A stretch of 64,000 bases of DNA, taken from NCBI GenBank assembly GCA_951804945.1, contig OX638159.1:29636001-29700000 (forward strand), read 5' to 3'. Under the pieces are notes generated by a model. That model worked only from the letters and a program-made list of their open reading frames with translations. It did not search any database and was not told where the DNA came from. Position numbers and translations under genes: made by a program. The DNA comes from Podarcis cretensis. Taxonomy: Eukaryota. Shown one piece after another: positions 37,416-49,494 of this stretch. The number at the start of each line of letters is the position of its first letter. Position 1 is the first letter of the stretch.

Positions 37416-39862
37416 TAATTGCCCTGACAGAGCCCGGCACCGAGCTGATGGCGGGCCGACGCGGCGCCCCCCGGGTCCTAGCGCCCTGCCCTTCCTCGCC
37501 CCTCCCCGCCGTCGGAGCTCACATTTAGTTCGCCTTGATTTTAATGGTGGACTTCCCAAGTCTCGCTAACCAAGGTCCCGCCCACGCGTTAGGCTCTGTA
37601 ATGATTTCCCGCAAACGCTTTGGGCGGTGTTTTTTAAAATAATAATAATAATAATAAAATGCTTCCGTGCTTTTTAAATTCAGGGGCTCTAAGAAACTGT
37701 ATTGACACAATGGTAGCGATCCTAAGCCCTGCACGTCTATGAGACTTACGTGTCGCGTCAATGTGTTTAGGATGCGCGTGTAACTCCAGCAATGGCTATT
37801 TTACTCTTTCTACTTCAGGCTGCGGAGAGGCTGTGCCACCCAAACTGAAACCATACATTTAATCAGTGGGTGCTTTGTTTGGTGTTTATTAATGAGGAAG
37901 ACTTGAGCGACTTCAGCAAATCTGAACATGGAAAGAGGACTTAATTTTACTTCCAAATGCGCCAGAACTACCGAGCGCTCTTTGCTTGTGTGGTTCCTCG
38001 GGAGTTTGCTGAGTCATTTTAAAAAAAACCTAAAAGGATGTTTTAGCGACAAATGTAATATAGAGCAATTAATACCAGTATTTAAAATGTTGCTTCTAAT
38101 ACTTGGTTGAAACGTTTATTTTTTATTCTAACAGAATCTCTATTTTGTGACAAATCAGATAGCGAAGAATTTTTTTAAAGATCCTGGGCGCTCCCAGGAC
38201 GCCGCCTCTCCGCCCTGGCCTCCCGGTTCGAGGCCGGGCAGCAGAGTTTTCCATTCCTTGCTGAAACAGGGTCCGCCTTTGCCGGGAGGGGCGATTTCCC
38301 CCCTCCCTGCCGAAAGATCTTTTTTCTCACTCAGTCTGTTGAACTCCTGAAGCCAGTTTCGTTTTACCTTCACCGTCTGGTGACACTGTGAAATATTAAT
38401 AGCAAAAAAGAAAGAAAGAAAAGAAGCATGTATTACTGATGTTGCTAATCACTTTTGTTATAAGCAAGAGGACGTCGTTTTTACATTCCTTAAATTCCTC
38501 ATGGCTTTCAATGAGTCCTGACTCTTTATAATTCCACGCAGACCTAAAAGTCCATCTGTTGTCACCAAGTGTTTCCAGTTACCATGATGCTCAAATAGGC
38601 TCTGCCTTCCACCCCAAACCGCAAATTCTCGGGCTTCTAAGCTCCATACTCGTGGCCAGTGTGGATAAAAGGAGTGGGGTCCCTATGGGCCTCATCTCAC
38701 ACACCCCAAAGCTCTACCCGACCCGGACTCCAAGCCTGGGGCACCCTCTCCACCTTCTCTGCCAGGCCACGAGGCTCAGCTGACTGCCGGGAGTGGCTGC
38801 CCTGCGCGCGGCTTGCGCAGAGGGATCCCCAGCGGACGGCGACCCGGCCTCTTCCAGAGCAGCAGCGCCTGGCTGGTGCTCGAGTAGGCGCGCCGGGGCA
38901 CCAAGGAGCGTTTGAACGTTTCCTGGCCTCCCCTCTCAGATGTTACCCGAGCGAAAGAGGGGGTCACATTTCATCTCATGCATGCATTCAGTGGCTGGGC
39001 GATTTCGTTAGATACCACCACCAGCTCGTTTGAAAGGGAAGCTTTTGGGATTTCAGAACAGACGTGTTGGCTCACGTCTTTGAAAGCGCTGCTGTTAAGA
39101 TTATCCCAAAGGGCGCAATTCGGGTTAAGGGGCCCTGTCGGTGCAAAGTGGAGAGAGAGAGAGACAAGGGCTTTCCCTTCCATCGGAAACCTGCCAGCGC
39201 CATCTCTCTGGGGGCAGATTCAAAGCCAGAGTCAAGTGGCTCCAAGTGCAGAGGTGAAGGTGGCCTGTCTCGGCGCGTCCGCTTCCTCGCCTGACCTCTT
39301 CTGCTCTGTGAAGGGGTGACCTTTCAGACTGGCAAGTTGCACACCTACTCTTCTGCACAGGGAGAATGATCGAGCCATAGCCGGGCAGGCTTGGGCAGGA
39401 ATAGTCTCCTGATCGCTTCCCTGGTGACCATCTCCCCCACCTGATGGTCCCGGTCTCCTGTTTCCCCTTTCTCTGGAACTGCTCCTCTCTCTCTCTCACC
39501 CGCCTGGGCTCACCTTAGCGTCAGCTTCAGGGTGGTAGACGGTCGACCTGGTCTTTTTTCTTATCCATGCTTTTTCTTAGCTGTGATCTTGTGGGCTTTT
39601 CCCACAGCAACCCTTAGACCTTACCCTGTCTTTTGTGAAAGCCTCTGGGGCTCTGCAAAGTGCCAAATCTCACCAAATGAGTTTTTTTCCTCCTCTCCAA
39701 GTGTCACGGTTGAGGTTTCTACTCCTTCCAGTGTGGTCCCACCAGCCCCTTGCTCTGTATCTCGTGCCGTTGCCTGGGTTGTGTTCTCGCTGCTTCTGGA
39801 CCCAACTGTAAAGCACACAGGGAGCTGTTAAAAGAGTTGTCTCTTTCTGTTTACACTGAACC

Positions 39863-39868
39863 AATAAA
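39863..39868 (+). terminator. Candidate polyadenylation signal AATAAA of FAM172A
   Basis: AATAAA with a U-rich upstream segment and a GU/U-rich downstream element (gggtgtgactttcttgtctctggtcttgtt). Confidence 0.55.
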
Positions 39869-42075
39869 AAAATGGTTTCTCTTTTAAGATGCGGGTGTGA
39901 CTTTCTTGTCTCTGGTCTTGTTAAGCGACTGTGCCAGGCGCAACAACTCAAAGGGATGTTCATTTGCTGCTGGCCGGACAAACCCGTTCGCCAGGAGCAA
40001 GGGAGCGCAGCAGCTTCCAGGAAGGATCGCTCTGACTCGGTTGCCCCTCAGCAGAGCGAGCCGCGAAAGAAAGATCTTCCTCCACCTGGGCCGTTTGAGA
40101 CTTGGAATTATTTGCGTGGCCTCTGAACGTGTTTACGAATATCCAAGGCCTTGCAAAAATGCGAGGCGGGGGAAATCGCGTTTACTGTTAAAAGGGCTGG
40201 GGAGGAAAGGCACATATAGAGCGAAAGGATGAATCGGGCACCGCAGTGCATGGGAATTCCTGCGAATGGGTGTTGCGGAGGGTATGTTTAGGAACCATTT
40301 TATCCAAACAAATTATATCCCCAGCTTTTGACAATTAAAAAAAAAATCACCTGTGATGCAGCTCGGTCCCATTCGCGCTTACCCAAAACGAGGCGCCAGT
40401 GAGTTCCGAGGGGCTGCATCCCCAGTACCTTCGTATATGAGTGCAAAAGCCAAAACAAAAAAAGGAAAAGAAAACCTTCGAAAGTGTTGTGTGGCATCCA
40501 GCAAAGGTCCCGGGGCTTGAGCTTTCTCAGTTTAGCGTTTATTTCACCCGAGCCAGAAATTCTACCATGTATAAAAATCTCCACACCTTTCAGGCGTCTG
40601 CTAAAGTCCCGAGCAGCAAATTATGAAGCATTTTTAGGGTCATACATGGGCTTCTCCCCGGTTTAAATCAAGGGGTCTTTCAAGGGATGCCTGCATGGGA
40701 TGAGGCTCGTTCATTTTCCTCTTGGAGCCATCGCTGGTCTTTTCTAGGAAGGCGCTTAAGGCTTGTCAGCCCCAACCAAGGAAGAGTGGCTTTCCTTCCT
40801 TGCACAACTGTCCCCTTATTGCACCTTGCTGGCGTTGGAAAGTGGGAGAAGCTGGGAAAGGGGGCATCCTGGGTGCGGAAATCACTAGACCGTTTGCATG
40901 GATGGCACCAGAGACCCCCAAAGGAGTAGCCCTCCCGCCATCCAGCTAGCCTTCGAGTTTCCTGAGGTCACAGAAGGAGAAGCTCCTTCTGAAGTGCGGA
41001 CTCGTGGACCGGGACTTCTAGCAATGGGTCCAGTTCTAAGAAGGGTTACCTGGAGAACAATAGTACCTAGTTCACAGGAGACCTGTTGTATAGAATTTCG
41101 CTGTAAGCCATCCATCCCAGACATGTCAGGAAGTCAGTCTTACTCCCACTGAGTTGGATGAGGCTCTCTCGAAGGTAAGTGGAGATAGGATTGCAGCCTT
41201 CACGTGACCTGCGCAGTTCTTATTTCTTTCTTTCGACCACGTGGGACCCTGCTCACTCCCAGCCACCGCCGCTATGCAGTCTGCCCTTTCTGGACACGCT
41301 GCTCTCTGGTGTGCATTGGAATCTTACCTACTAATGGGTCAAATCGATTAAAAAACCTCCAAATCGACCGACAGGATCTTTGATAAAGGACAAGCCGGGC
41401 AGTTTAACGAGCAGGACCTCCAAGTGGGCGTTTGCTACCCAAGCGCTGGGATGGGACCAACAAGGTGGGAGAGATGTGTAGCTCCAGGATCTGATGGGAA
41501 AGGGGGGGCGTGTCCCCTTTTTTGGTGGCTTCTGTGATTCTGGAATGCCTGGTGCAATGGACTCCGCTCTTTGTCTGCTGGGCTAAGCCTGATCAAAATT
41601 TAGCTCCCAAACCGAACCTGACTACTTCTGGCGGGGGGGGGGGACGGACTTGCATGTCCTTGATATCTGCCAAGGTGGCCTGAGCTAAAAGCTTCCCCAT
41701 CCAAATCAGTGCACCTTCTGACTCAGAAATGCGAGGAATCCTGTCCCTCCTTTCTGCTGCTGCTGCTGGCTAGAGATTTCCCCTCCACTGCAAAGGAGGT
41801 CTCTTAACTCCTTTCCATGAATATGATTTGTGGGCCCTGGAGAATGGACGGATCCCACTGCACCCGAATGACCCTTGGCATCCCCTCCTCTCCCAGGCCT
41901 TCATTACTCTAGGAAAAGTAAGAGAGTCAGCTATAGACTGTAGCAGCATTAAACTGTGATCATGCGTTTGTGACTGGCGGTGTACATCCTAGTCGAGAGA
42001 CAGTGATACAAAATATCTGAAACACACACACACACCCTTGAAGCATTTTAGCTTTTAGCTCGACACCTGAGCTGT

Positions 42076-42135
42076 GTAGCAGTAGCAGTAGCAGTAGCAG
42101 TAGCAGTAGCAGTAGCAGTAGCAGTAGCAGTAGCA
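42076..42135. repeat. (GTAGCA)10 hexanucleotide repeat
   Basis: Read directly from the sequence. Confidence 0.95.
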
Positions 42136-42894
42136 ACGATCTCCTTTAAAACACACTTGGGAGGAATTAATGACCGAATGGTTAGTTTAATTGATTCCTC
42201 CTTGGATTGGTGGCTCCAAGTTTCACACCGCTGGTCTGTTCACAAGCTGATGTCTTCAGGAGTTACCATAAATCTGGGCTAAGCCCGCTCGGCTGAAACA
42301 GCGCTCCGGCAGTCCGGGGAGGGGTGGGGGCAAAGGCAGAGGATTGTTCCTGGTAAAAAATGAACCAGGGGCCAAGGCTGTCAGGGTAGAACTGGGCTCC
42401 TGAAAGTGGATCCCTCTTTCACTTGGAACAGTGAAGTAGCTGGAGCCCAGGAAACACCAACACACACCCCGCTATAAGTTTTAGAACAAGTTTAGTGCCA
42501 AAGATCTGTAACGCCTTAAAGGAGAGAGAGAGTGAGAATCGATACAACTGAACCAGTTCGTAGTTACGCCGAACTCTGGATGGCAACGCGAAAGGAAGGT
42601 GGAACAAGCTCTTACTTTCCATTCTACTTTGACTAGGCAAAGCACCTGTAAGAATGTCCCAGTTTTGCACCAAAGCAGCTGAACGGACAGTTATGAACAC
42701 ATTCTGACTATGGGGCTCTAGTTTTGCCGGCTAAGATCTGTTTAACATCAAAGGTTGCACCGGGTTTCAACTCCTCGTTGGGTGGGCCTGTATCCATATC
42801 TCCATATCTCTATATCTATCTGTAGTACATGATCCCAGGATTTATTTCTGCAGGACCCCCGTCTCCTTTTAACCGAACGTATTATTTGTTAACC

Positions 42895-42962
42895 GCCCAA
42901 TAACCCCGTGAAGTTTGTTCCTGAGAAAATGTTCCCATTTTACAGATGAACAAATAAGGTCG
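42895..42962 (-). mobile_element. MIR/CORE-SINE remnant
   Basis: caataaccccgtgaag...cccattttacagatgaacaaataagg resembles the reverse MIR core. Confidence 0.45.
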
Positions 42963-44539
42963 ACAGGCCCCTGGCTAGTATCTGTCCTTTTAAAGTAAAA
43001 CTCTGTTTGGGTTCATGACAAAGAGAGTTTCTGTGCATGCCGCAAGGTCCTTTTATGCAGCTAAGTGCCTTCATTCTAATACATAAGTTGACGTGGATTC
43101 CTAATCAACTAAAGTGGGACGTTTAAATATTTCTTTTCTCAGAGGAAGCGCACTTATTCTCCCCCCCCCCTTCTCCCCCCTCAGGAACCAATTCTCAAGT
43201 ACAATTGAAAGCTGTCATATAAGACGACGGCAGTCTGTGTGCCTGCGCTCGAATTTCTATTCCAGTTGAAGTTAAAGTAACCTGTTAAAGGATGCGGAGT
43301 GTATTTCTGTGTATATCTGATAGACAGATCACGCTAATTGTTGACTTAAGTCCCCCAAAGTGTGAAAAAAGAACTTCCCCAAACTTTGCAAACGCTGTCA
43401 TTGCTCCTAATCCCCCACATTTTCCACCTTTCTTTCCAGTTTCGGATTGCGTGTGTTTGNNNNNNNNNNNNNNNNNNNNNNNNNNNNNNNNNNNNNNNNN
43501 NNNNNNNNNNNNNNNNNNNNNNNNNNNNNNNNNNNNNNNNNNNNNNNNNNNNNNNNNNNNNNNNNNNNNNNNNNNNNNNNNNNNNNNNNNNNNNNNNNNN
43601 NNNNNNNNNNNNNNNNNNNNNNNNNNNNNNNNNNNNNNNNNNNNNNNNNNNNNNNNNNNNNNNNNTCAATAGATGCAAAATATTTCCAAGCTCTTTGTAA
43701 CTGAATTCTGTTTGAAGGGGGAAACCAGAGATTAACACGTAGATCTGGGGAGAGCGAGGCGGGGGCAGAGACCCTCGAGCGTCACTTCAAAGTAGATTTC
43801 CAAAAAGAAGCGCCTCTGCGTGTTGACAGTTGCCTGCTCCAAATACTGTAACGGGCCAGTCCTATACGTGTATGTTGAGCGTTCAGCGGGTAAAGGGGGT
43901 CCGGGATTGCAGCCTAAATCACATTCGCAACAAGAAAGGGCCCGCAGACCCACTCGGATCCCCAAACAGGATTGTTCGTGTTGTTTGCTTCCCATATACA
44001 ACTCATGGGTTTAAAGCTGGGATCCCGCTTTCCTTCCATTTATCAGTGATGGGATGGGAGGGTATAAACCATCTAATCTATCGATCTATCATATTTAAAA
44101 TTAAATAAACGTAAAGACGACCTTAATCACCCCCAGCCTCGCAACGGGATTTGTTCTGGTCCTTGAATGCACCCAAATCCGTGGGAGGCCCCATCATTTT
44201 GGAATGTGATCAACGTGCATGGTTGGAGCGAAGAATGGATTTAGGAGTGATCACAAGCCAGAAGGACAGGCGAGAGAAAAAACACCCACTTGACTCAGGA
44301 GGCTGCAGAACAGGCGGGAAATTCCTGTGGGGTAAAATGGGGAAAGTGTGTCGCGGGAGTGGGAGTTGAGCTCGGAGCAGGAAATCCATCCTGGGGGTCT
44401 GCTGGTCCCCCTTCATTGGGGAAACTGAATTCGGAGTCCTTCTTCTGCAAGTGACTTAAAACTAAAATGAGGCGAAGGAATGAGAAAGTAGGACATTTCC
44501 CCTGATCTTTACTAAGCATTCGCTTCCTGCCAGCTTCGG

Positions 44540-45250
44540 CTGAGGACGATTAAGCCCGAGCCTCGAGCAAGAGCGCAGGCTGGACATTTGGAGCCGACAG
44601 GAGTTCCGCCTGTCCCGCCGCCAAGGCAGCCTCTGGGCCCAGGAAGGAGCCGCGGTGGTTTGGCCGGAGTCGCCACGAGAGGTGGCCGCGCCCTGGATGA
44701 AAAGGCCGGTGATCGCCTTCTTCCCCTTCAGAGCATCAAATGAGAATAATCTGGGGGAAGAAGGAGAGAAAAGCCCTCGCCTCTTCACCTCCCCGGCGAA
44801 TGGAGTAACATCTGACATTCCTCCTCACAAGAGGGAAACTTCAAAAGAAGCGCAGGGAACTGGAGAGGGAGAAGCCAACAGGCGAATATTCGCAGCACGA
44901 AAGGGGACCGCTCTGGAGAGCTCAGGCCAGCCTGTCTCAGGTTTCCTCTGCCTCTGGCCCGGCTTCCTGAGGGAAAGGGAGCAGGTCGCTCGCCCCGACG
45001 ACCGAGGTTTTGCTAGCCTCTCCATGGGAGGGTCCCCTCCTCCCAGGCTCTCCCTGCAGCCCCGACATGCCTGGGTCTCTGTTGAGGTCAGGTGACGAGA
45101 ACAACCGGCTAGCAGCTCCCGGCTTGCCACTCCAGGCTGGACTCGCGAGGCTTGAAAGGAAAGGCCCTGCTTGGCTGGCGGGGGGGGGGGGGGAGAGAGA
45201 ATTTTCACTCTTCCTTCCGCATAATCCCTTCTGCCCCCTCCCAAAAAGCC
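44540..45250. promoter_or_regulatory. Intergenic CpG island
   Basis: High GC and CpG density by eye; boundaries approximate. Confidence 0.55.
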
Positions 45251-48200
45251 CATCTCACGCCCCTAGTCTAACTTTTGCTTTCGAATTCCCCCTGTGGGGG
45301 AACAGTAGAGCATCACCTCGATTGAACAAAGAGTAAAATATGAGAGATGTTTCTTTGCTTCTGCGTTTAATGAATTCCTTGAACGGGTTCCCTAGACCCT
45401 GAAGGAGCGCACACCAGTCTTAATTTCGCCCCAGTTCCACCTGCGATTTACTCCTACTTAAGACAAGTTAAGAAGCATCTTGCGGGTAACATCGTATCTA
45501 ATACCTTCACGTGCAAGTGTTTGGAGGCTGGGTGCGCGCGCGGACCTCCTCTTTCTCCTCCAACTTTTTTGTTCTTTAAAAAAGTTTGGGCTTGTCCCTC
45601 AGTTATTAACCAGTTGGTTAATTCACTTTCCGTTTCCTAAATATAGGTGCAGGGCTTTATCTTAAAAAGTTTACTTTTGCATCCTAATTAATTCTTCTAA
45701 CCAGGGGAACCTTGAGAGCCTGTTAATTAGTAACGTCGATTTAACTCCTGTGCGACTTTCCTGATCTTTGGCACAAATCAGAGTAGCTTTTCTGCTAACA
45801 GAGAGATAGACTAGAAAAGAGAGGATAAAGAAAGACGTAATAGCTGCTTCATAGATCGCTGACCATGTGTTCATTCGGGCATCTCTCTCTGCACATCTTA
45901 AAGCCACTTTAAAGGATACCTAAGAAATCTGGAACCCTGGAACCCTGGGTTTAGCCCTGCTGAATCTCTCATTTCACCCTTGCTTTTCCTTAAAACTCAG
46001 TGTGTTAAAGAATCAGGATCAGGTTTCCATGTTAATCTGCTACTTGGAAGCAAGTTGGAAGATAACGACTCAGTCCTCCAGCTTCCAAAGTGGGTGGGAA
46101 GTTATGATACGGTGGTTTCTGAACCTCCCAAGTTGGGCTGTTAAGATTTAGAAAATAGAGAAACCGTGTCAGCCGCGGGAAGGTGTCCAAACTTTTACCA
46201 GGCTGGGGTGGGGATGCGAATTGGGAACCCCTTGATAGAGCAACTGAGGCTGTGACAGTCTCTCTGCCAGGAAACCCGAAAAAGCGGAGCGGAGCTGGGT
46301 TTGCGCCATCCACTCTCTGTAGCACCATGGACAGCTCCTAGTTCTGAGCTGCCCTCGCCCTAAACAAGCCTCTCCTGGCCTCGTTCAGCCCAAGCCTGGA
46401 GCAGGCTGCGGAAGACCTCGCTCTCAGGGACTACGTTTTTGTATCCTGAATCCCGCCTGCTCCGCGCTTCCTCTCATCTCCCTTGAAGCGGGGAGAGTTA
46501 ACCATGCATTTATGCCCCCTTCTCAGGACTTTCCACCTCATATGCTCCTCTGGTCCGATTCCACTGCCCTGGTCTGATGCCACTGCCCGCAGGCCCCCGA
46601 TTTCGTTTTCATCCTCTGTCCTCTCCCTAAGCCCCTTCCGCCAAGATTCCCGCGTTGCCCATCCTTGGTTTCCAGCTTTGCCCAAAACCAGACCTCCTCC
46701 TCCTCCTCCTCTCTCTTTCTCATTACGGGGATGCGTGCATGCCATTTCCCCCTTCCCAGGAGATCTTCATCTTTCCCTTGGCTATAGAGGCGATACTGGT
46801 GGGGGCGGGGATCTGAGGTCCTTGTGGTTGGTTGCAAAGCAGATCCGCTTCCCTTCTTTGATGCGCGCCTACTCGATGCAACCCCACTGACTGCCAGGCA
46901 GCTGGTTAATTGCAGCCTCGGGAGAGGCACCCCAGAGCCCGAGCCCTAAGAGCCTGGCAGCCCTCCCTTTCTCCCTCTCCACCTCCCCGCTTTGCTAAAG
47001 GGTCGGCTAGTCTGCGCGTCTCAGCCCCGTAACTTTACCTCCCTTCAACTTCCCCCTTCCAGACCCGCCACCTGCTGTGATCGTCGGGACTTTAAGCCCT
47101 CTCTGAGTCTCCGCATCCTTTAATTCAAGTTATGCGCAAGGAGAGAGAGAGAGAAAGAGAGATAAATAATGTCTCTTTTTTCTTCCTCTTTGATCACGTC
47201 CCTGTCATTTTAGCAAACAACTTGCAGCCGTGCAAGCTTGTAAAGTCAAGCTATTTACGTGTTCGCTATTTAAATGCAACAAGATGCTCTCTACTCGTTA
47301 AAATGTTCTCGCTCTGCCTTCTTTTGCTGAGAGATCCGATCCCTTCCCATTTGCTTCCCCGATCCGTCCAAAATTACAAAAAATGGGTAAAGGGGGGGGG
47401 GATGAGCAAGTTGGATAGCTAAGGATTTCCTGGCTTTCCCTTAATATAAATGCCCCCAGCCCCAGCTGAGCAAGGACAGCGAGGAGTTACAGACCTCCTT
47501 GCTTTTGAGTTATTGGGGAGGAACTTACTGGAATGGCTTTGGGGCATTAGGAAAGCAAAGTTATAGCCCAGTGCTCTTACTAATATAAAATACTATTACG
47601 GATCATGAGCCAGATTCATGGAAACGGATATTTAGATATCCACAATAGGGTTATTTGAGGGTTATTTTCCTCTCCTCAAATGAAAGAACCCGCTGCCTTC
47701 TCTCTGCTAGCTTGTGGAGAACAGAGTTTGCTTATTAAAAGGGTTCGCTCCAACGTCCGAGTCGAATTATTCTGTTTTCAGCATCAACTTTGCCGGCAAG
47801 TTCACGAGGGAAACCTCGAACCCCCTTTTCGTCTTCACGACCCCTTATCCGTGTTACGAAGGATTAAATGGAATCCCTTCTTCTCGACCCACCTGTAGTC
47901 GGTTCGCCTCACACACACGCGCACCACCGTTTTCACTGTTCTCTATAGGGCAGCTTCGTAGGGGGAATTCTTAGTTTTCTCTGCTTGATCTTCATTTGCC
48001 CCCACAAAAAGTCCAAGGAAAGCGTCCACTCGCTCCCCCCAACTAGCCAACCGGCCTTGGGTAGGCGGAGGGGGCCGCTTTCGTTTTTTGTAGGAGGGAC
48101 CCCAGAGGCAGAACGGTTAGGAATTAAACTTTCAGAGGAATAACCTGTTGCACGCTTCTGATTTGGGGAAAGTGAAGATCACCGTGGTGTTCTATTTTTA

Positions 48201-49461
48201 TTTTTTTAATTCGTGGTATCTTCTATCTAACCAGGATATTTTATAGCGTGGATACCGATAGCTTTCTGATCAGTAATCGAATTGATTCCAGACCATAATT
48301 CAGACATTGTTGTAGTGAGCAATGTTACTATAAACCAGTTTTGTATTATTGTTATTCTTATTCTTATTGACAACTAATTGGCCGAGTGAAAGTTAGATGT
48401 CTGCCTATTTAAGAGGGGGAAGGATTTGTGTTTCGCGGTAGCTCACCTTCGGTATTAAATATTTGCTCCTTTCTTTGATCTTACTAGGATATTAGGTTTC
48501 TCCGGAGCGTGAGCCTCATTGACTAACAAAAAAATCCTTTTGTCAATCCTGCATTAAACCTTCTCATCTCAGTTCTTACGAAATCCTCTTTCTTCGGGTA
48601 ATTTTGCTTTGTGTCTCCCCCACCTCCATTATTCTGAACATACATATGCTGAACATATCCTGAACAATTTAGCGAGTGCATGTCCGTGTTAGTAATCTTA
48701 AAAATAACTTTTAATGGGAGGCATATAGAAAATAATGGAATCTTAGAAAGGGGAAACAGAAAAGGGACTAGAGATTGGGTGTCCAACATGAAAGCATTTT
48801 CAATTATTTGCTCCTCAATTATTTTCCCCAGCTATGGTTTACCTTGTGATTATTTTCTTTTTTTCTTATTCGTGACATGCGTTGAAAAATATTACTCTCT
48901 CCCCCCCCCCTTTTCTTACCTTCTGTAACCCTTCAAAGTCGTTTGAAATTACTTTTCTTGTCTTTTGGCCATTTGTCAACGTCAAAACTACCTGGGCTAT
49001 CTAGTGAAATGAAAGTGTTTCGTGTATATCTTAGATATATGAAAGGATTCCTCAATAGAGTTTTCTGGAAATCAATAGACACCCATTAATGTCCTAAGTG
49101 CCTACTGGGTATTTTTTTTGGGGGGGGGGAATAGTCAGCTCCTTGGGTATAATATCCTGGGATAAAGTTGCAGGATCCTCATTACAATCCACTGGGATAG
49201 TGGAGTTTGACAAAGAACATTTTCAAGAGTAATTACATTTAGGGAAGTTTTGAAAACATGGGGCGGGCACCAGATGCTGCTTCTGAGCTCTGTCTTGCTT
49301 CAGGAACGTATTTCTGTCGCCTCTCTCCCACTGAATGATTGTGGATATATGAGTGTCATTTTCCTGTTTATCTATCTGTGCTCAAGCCTAAGTAAAAAAA
49401 ATTTTTTTTTTTTTACTTTTAACGTGCCACAGTATGTGGTGTAAGATTGTGTGTGTATGAG

Positions 49462-49494
<33 letters not shown>

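Larger units (their letters stand above)
36560..37630. promoter_or_regulatory. CpG island over the last FAM172A exon
   Basis: Very dense CpG and GC content, with GC boxes (gggcggggc near 36785, gggcggag near 36861). Boundaries approximate. Confidence 0.8.
37104..39890 (+). other. FAM172A: Probable 3'UTR of FAM172A/ARB2A
   Basis: Follows the stop codon and ends near a well-formed poly(A) signal about 2.8 kb downstream, similar to the roughly 3 kb human UTR as recalled. Confidence 0.6.

Noticed and set aside
42392-42450. Branched fold closed by CTGGGCTCC/GGAGCCCAG, a possible ribozyme or tRNA-like structure
   Set aside because: It lacks the CUGANGA/GAAA core and tRNA boxes, the inner stems compete for the same bases, and it is compatible with chance.
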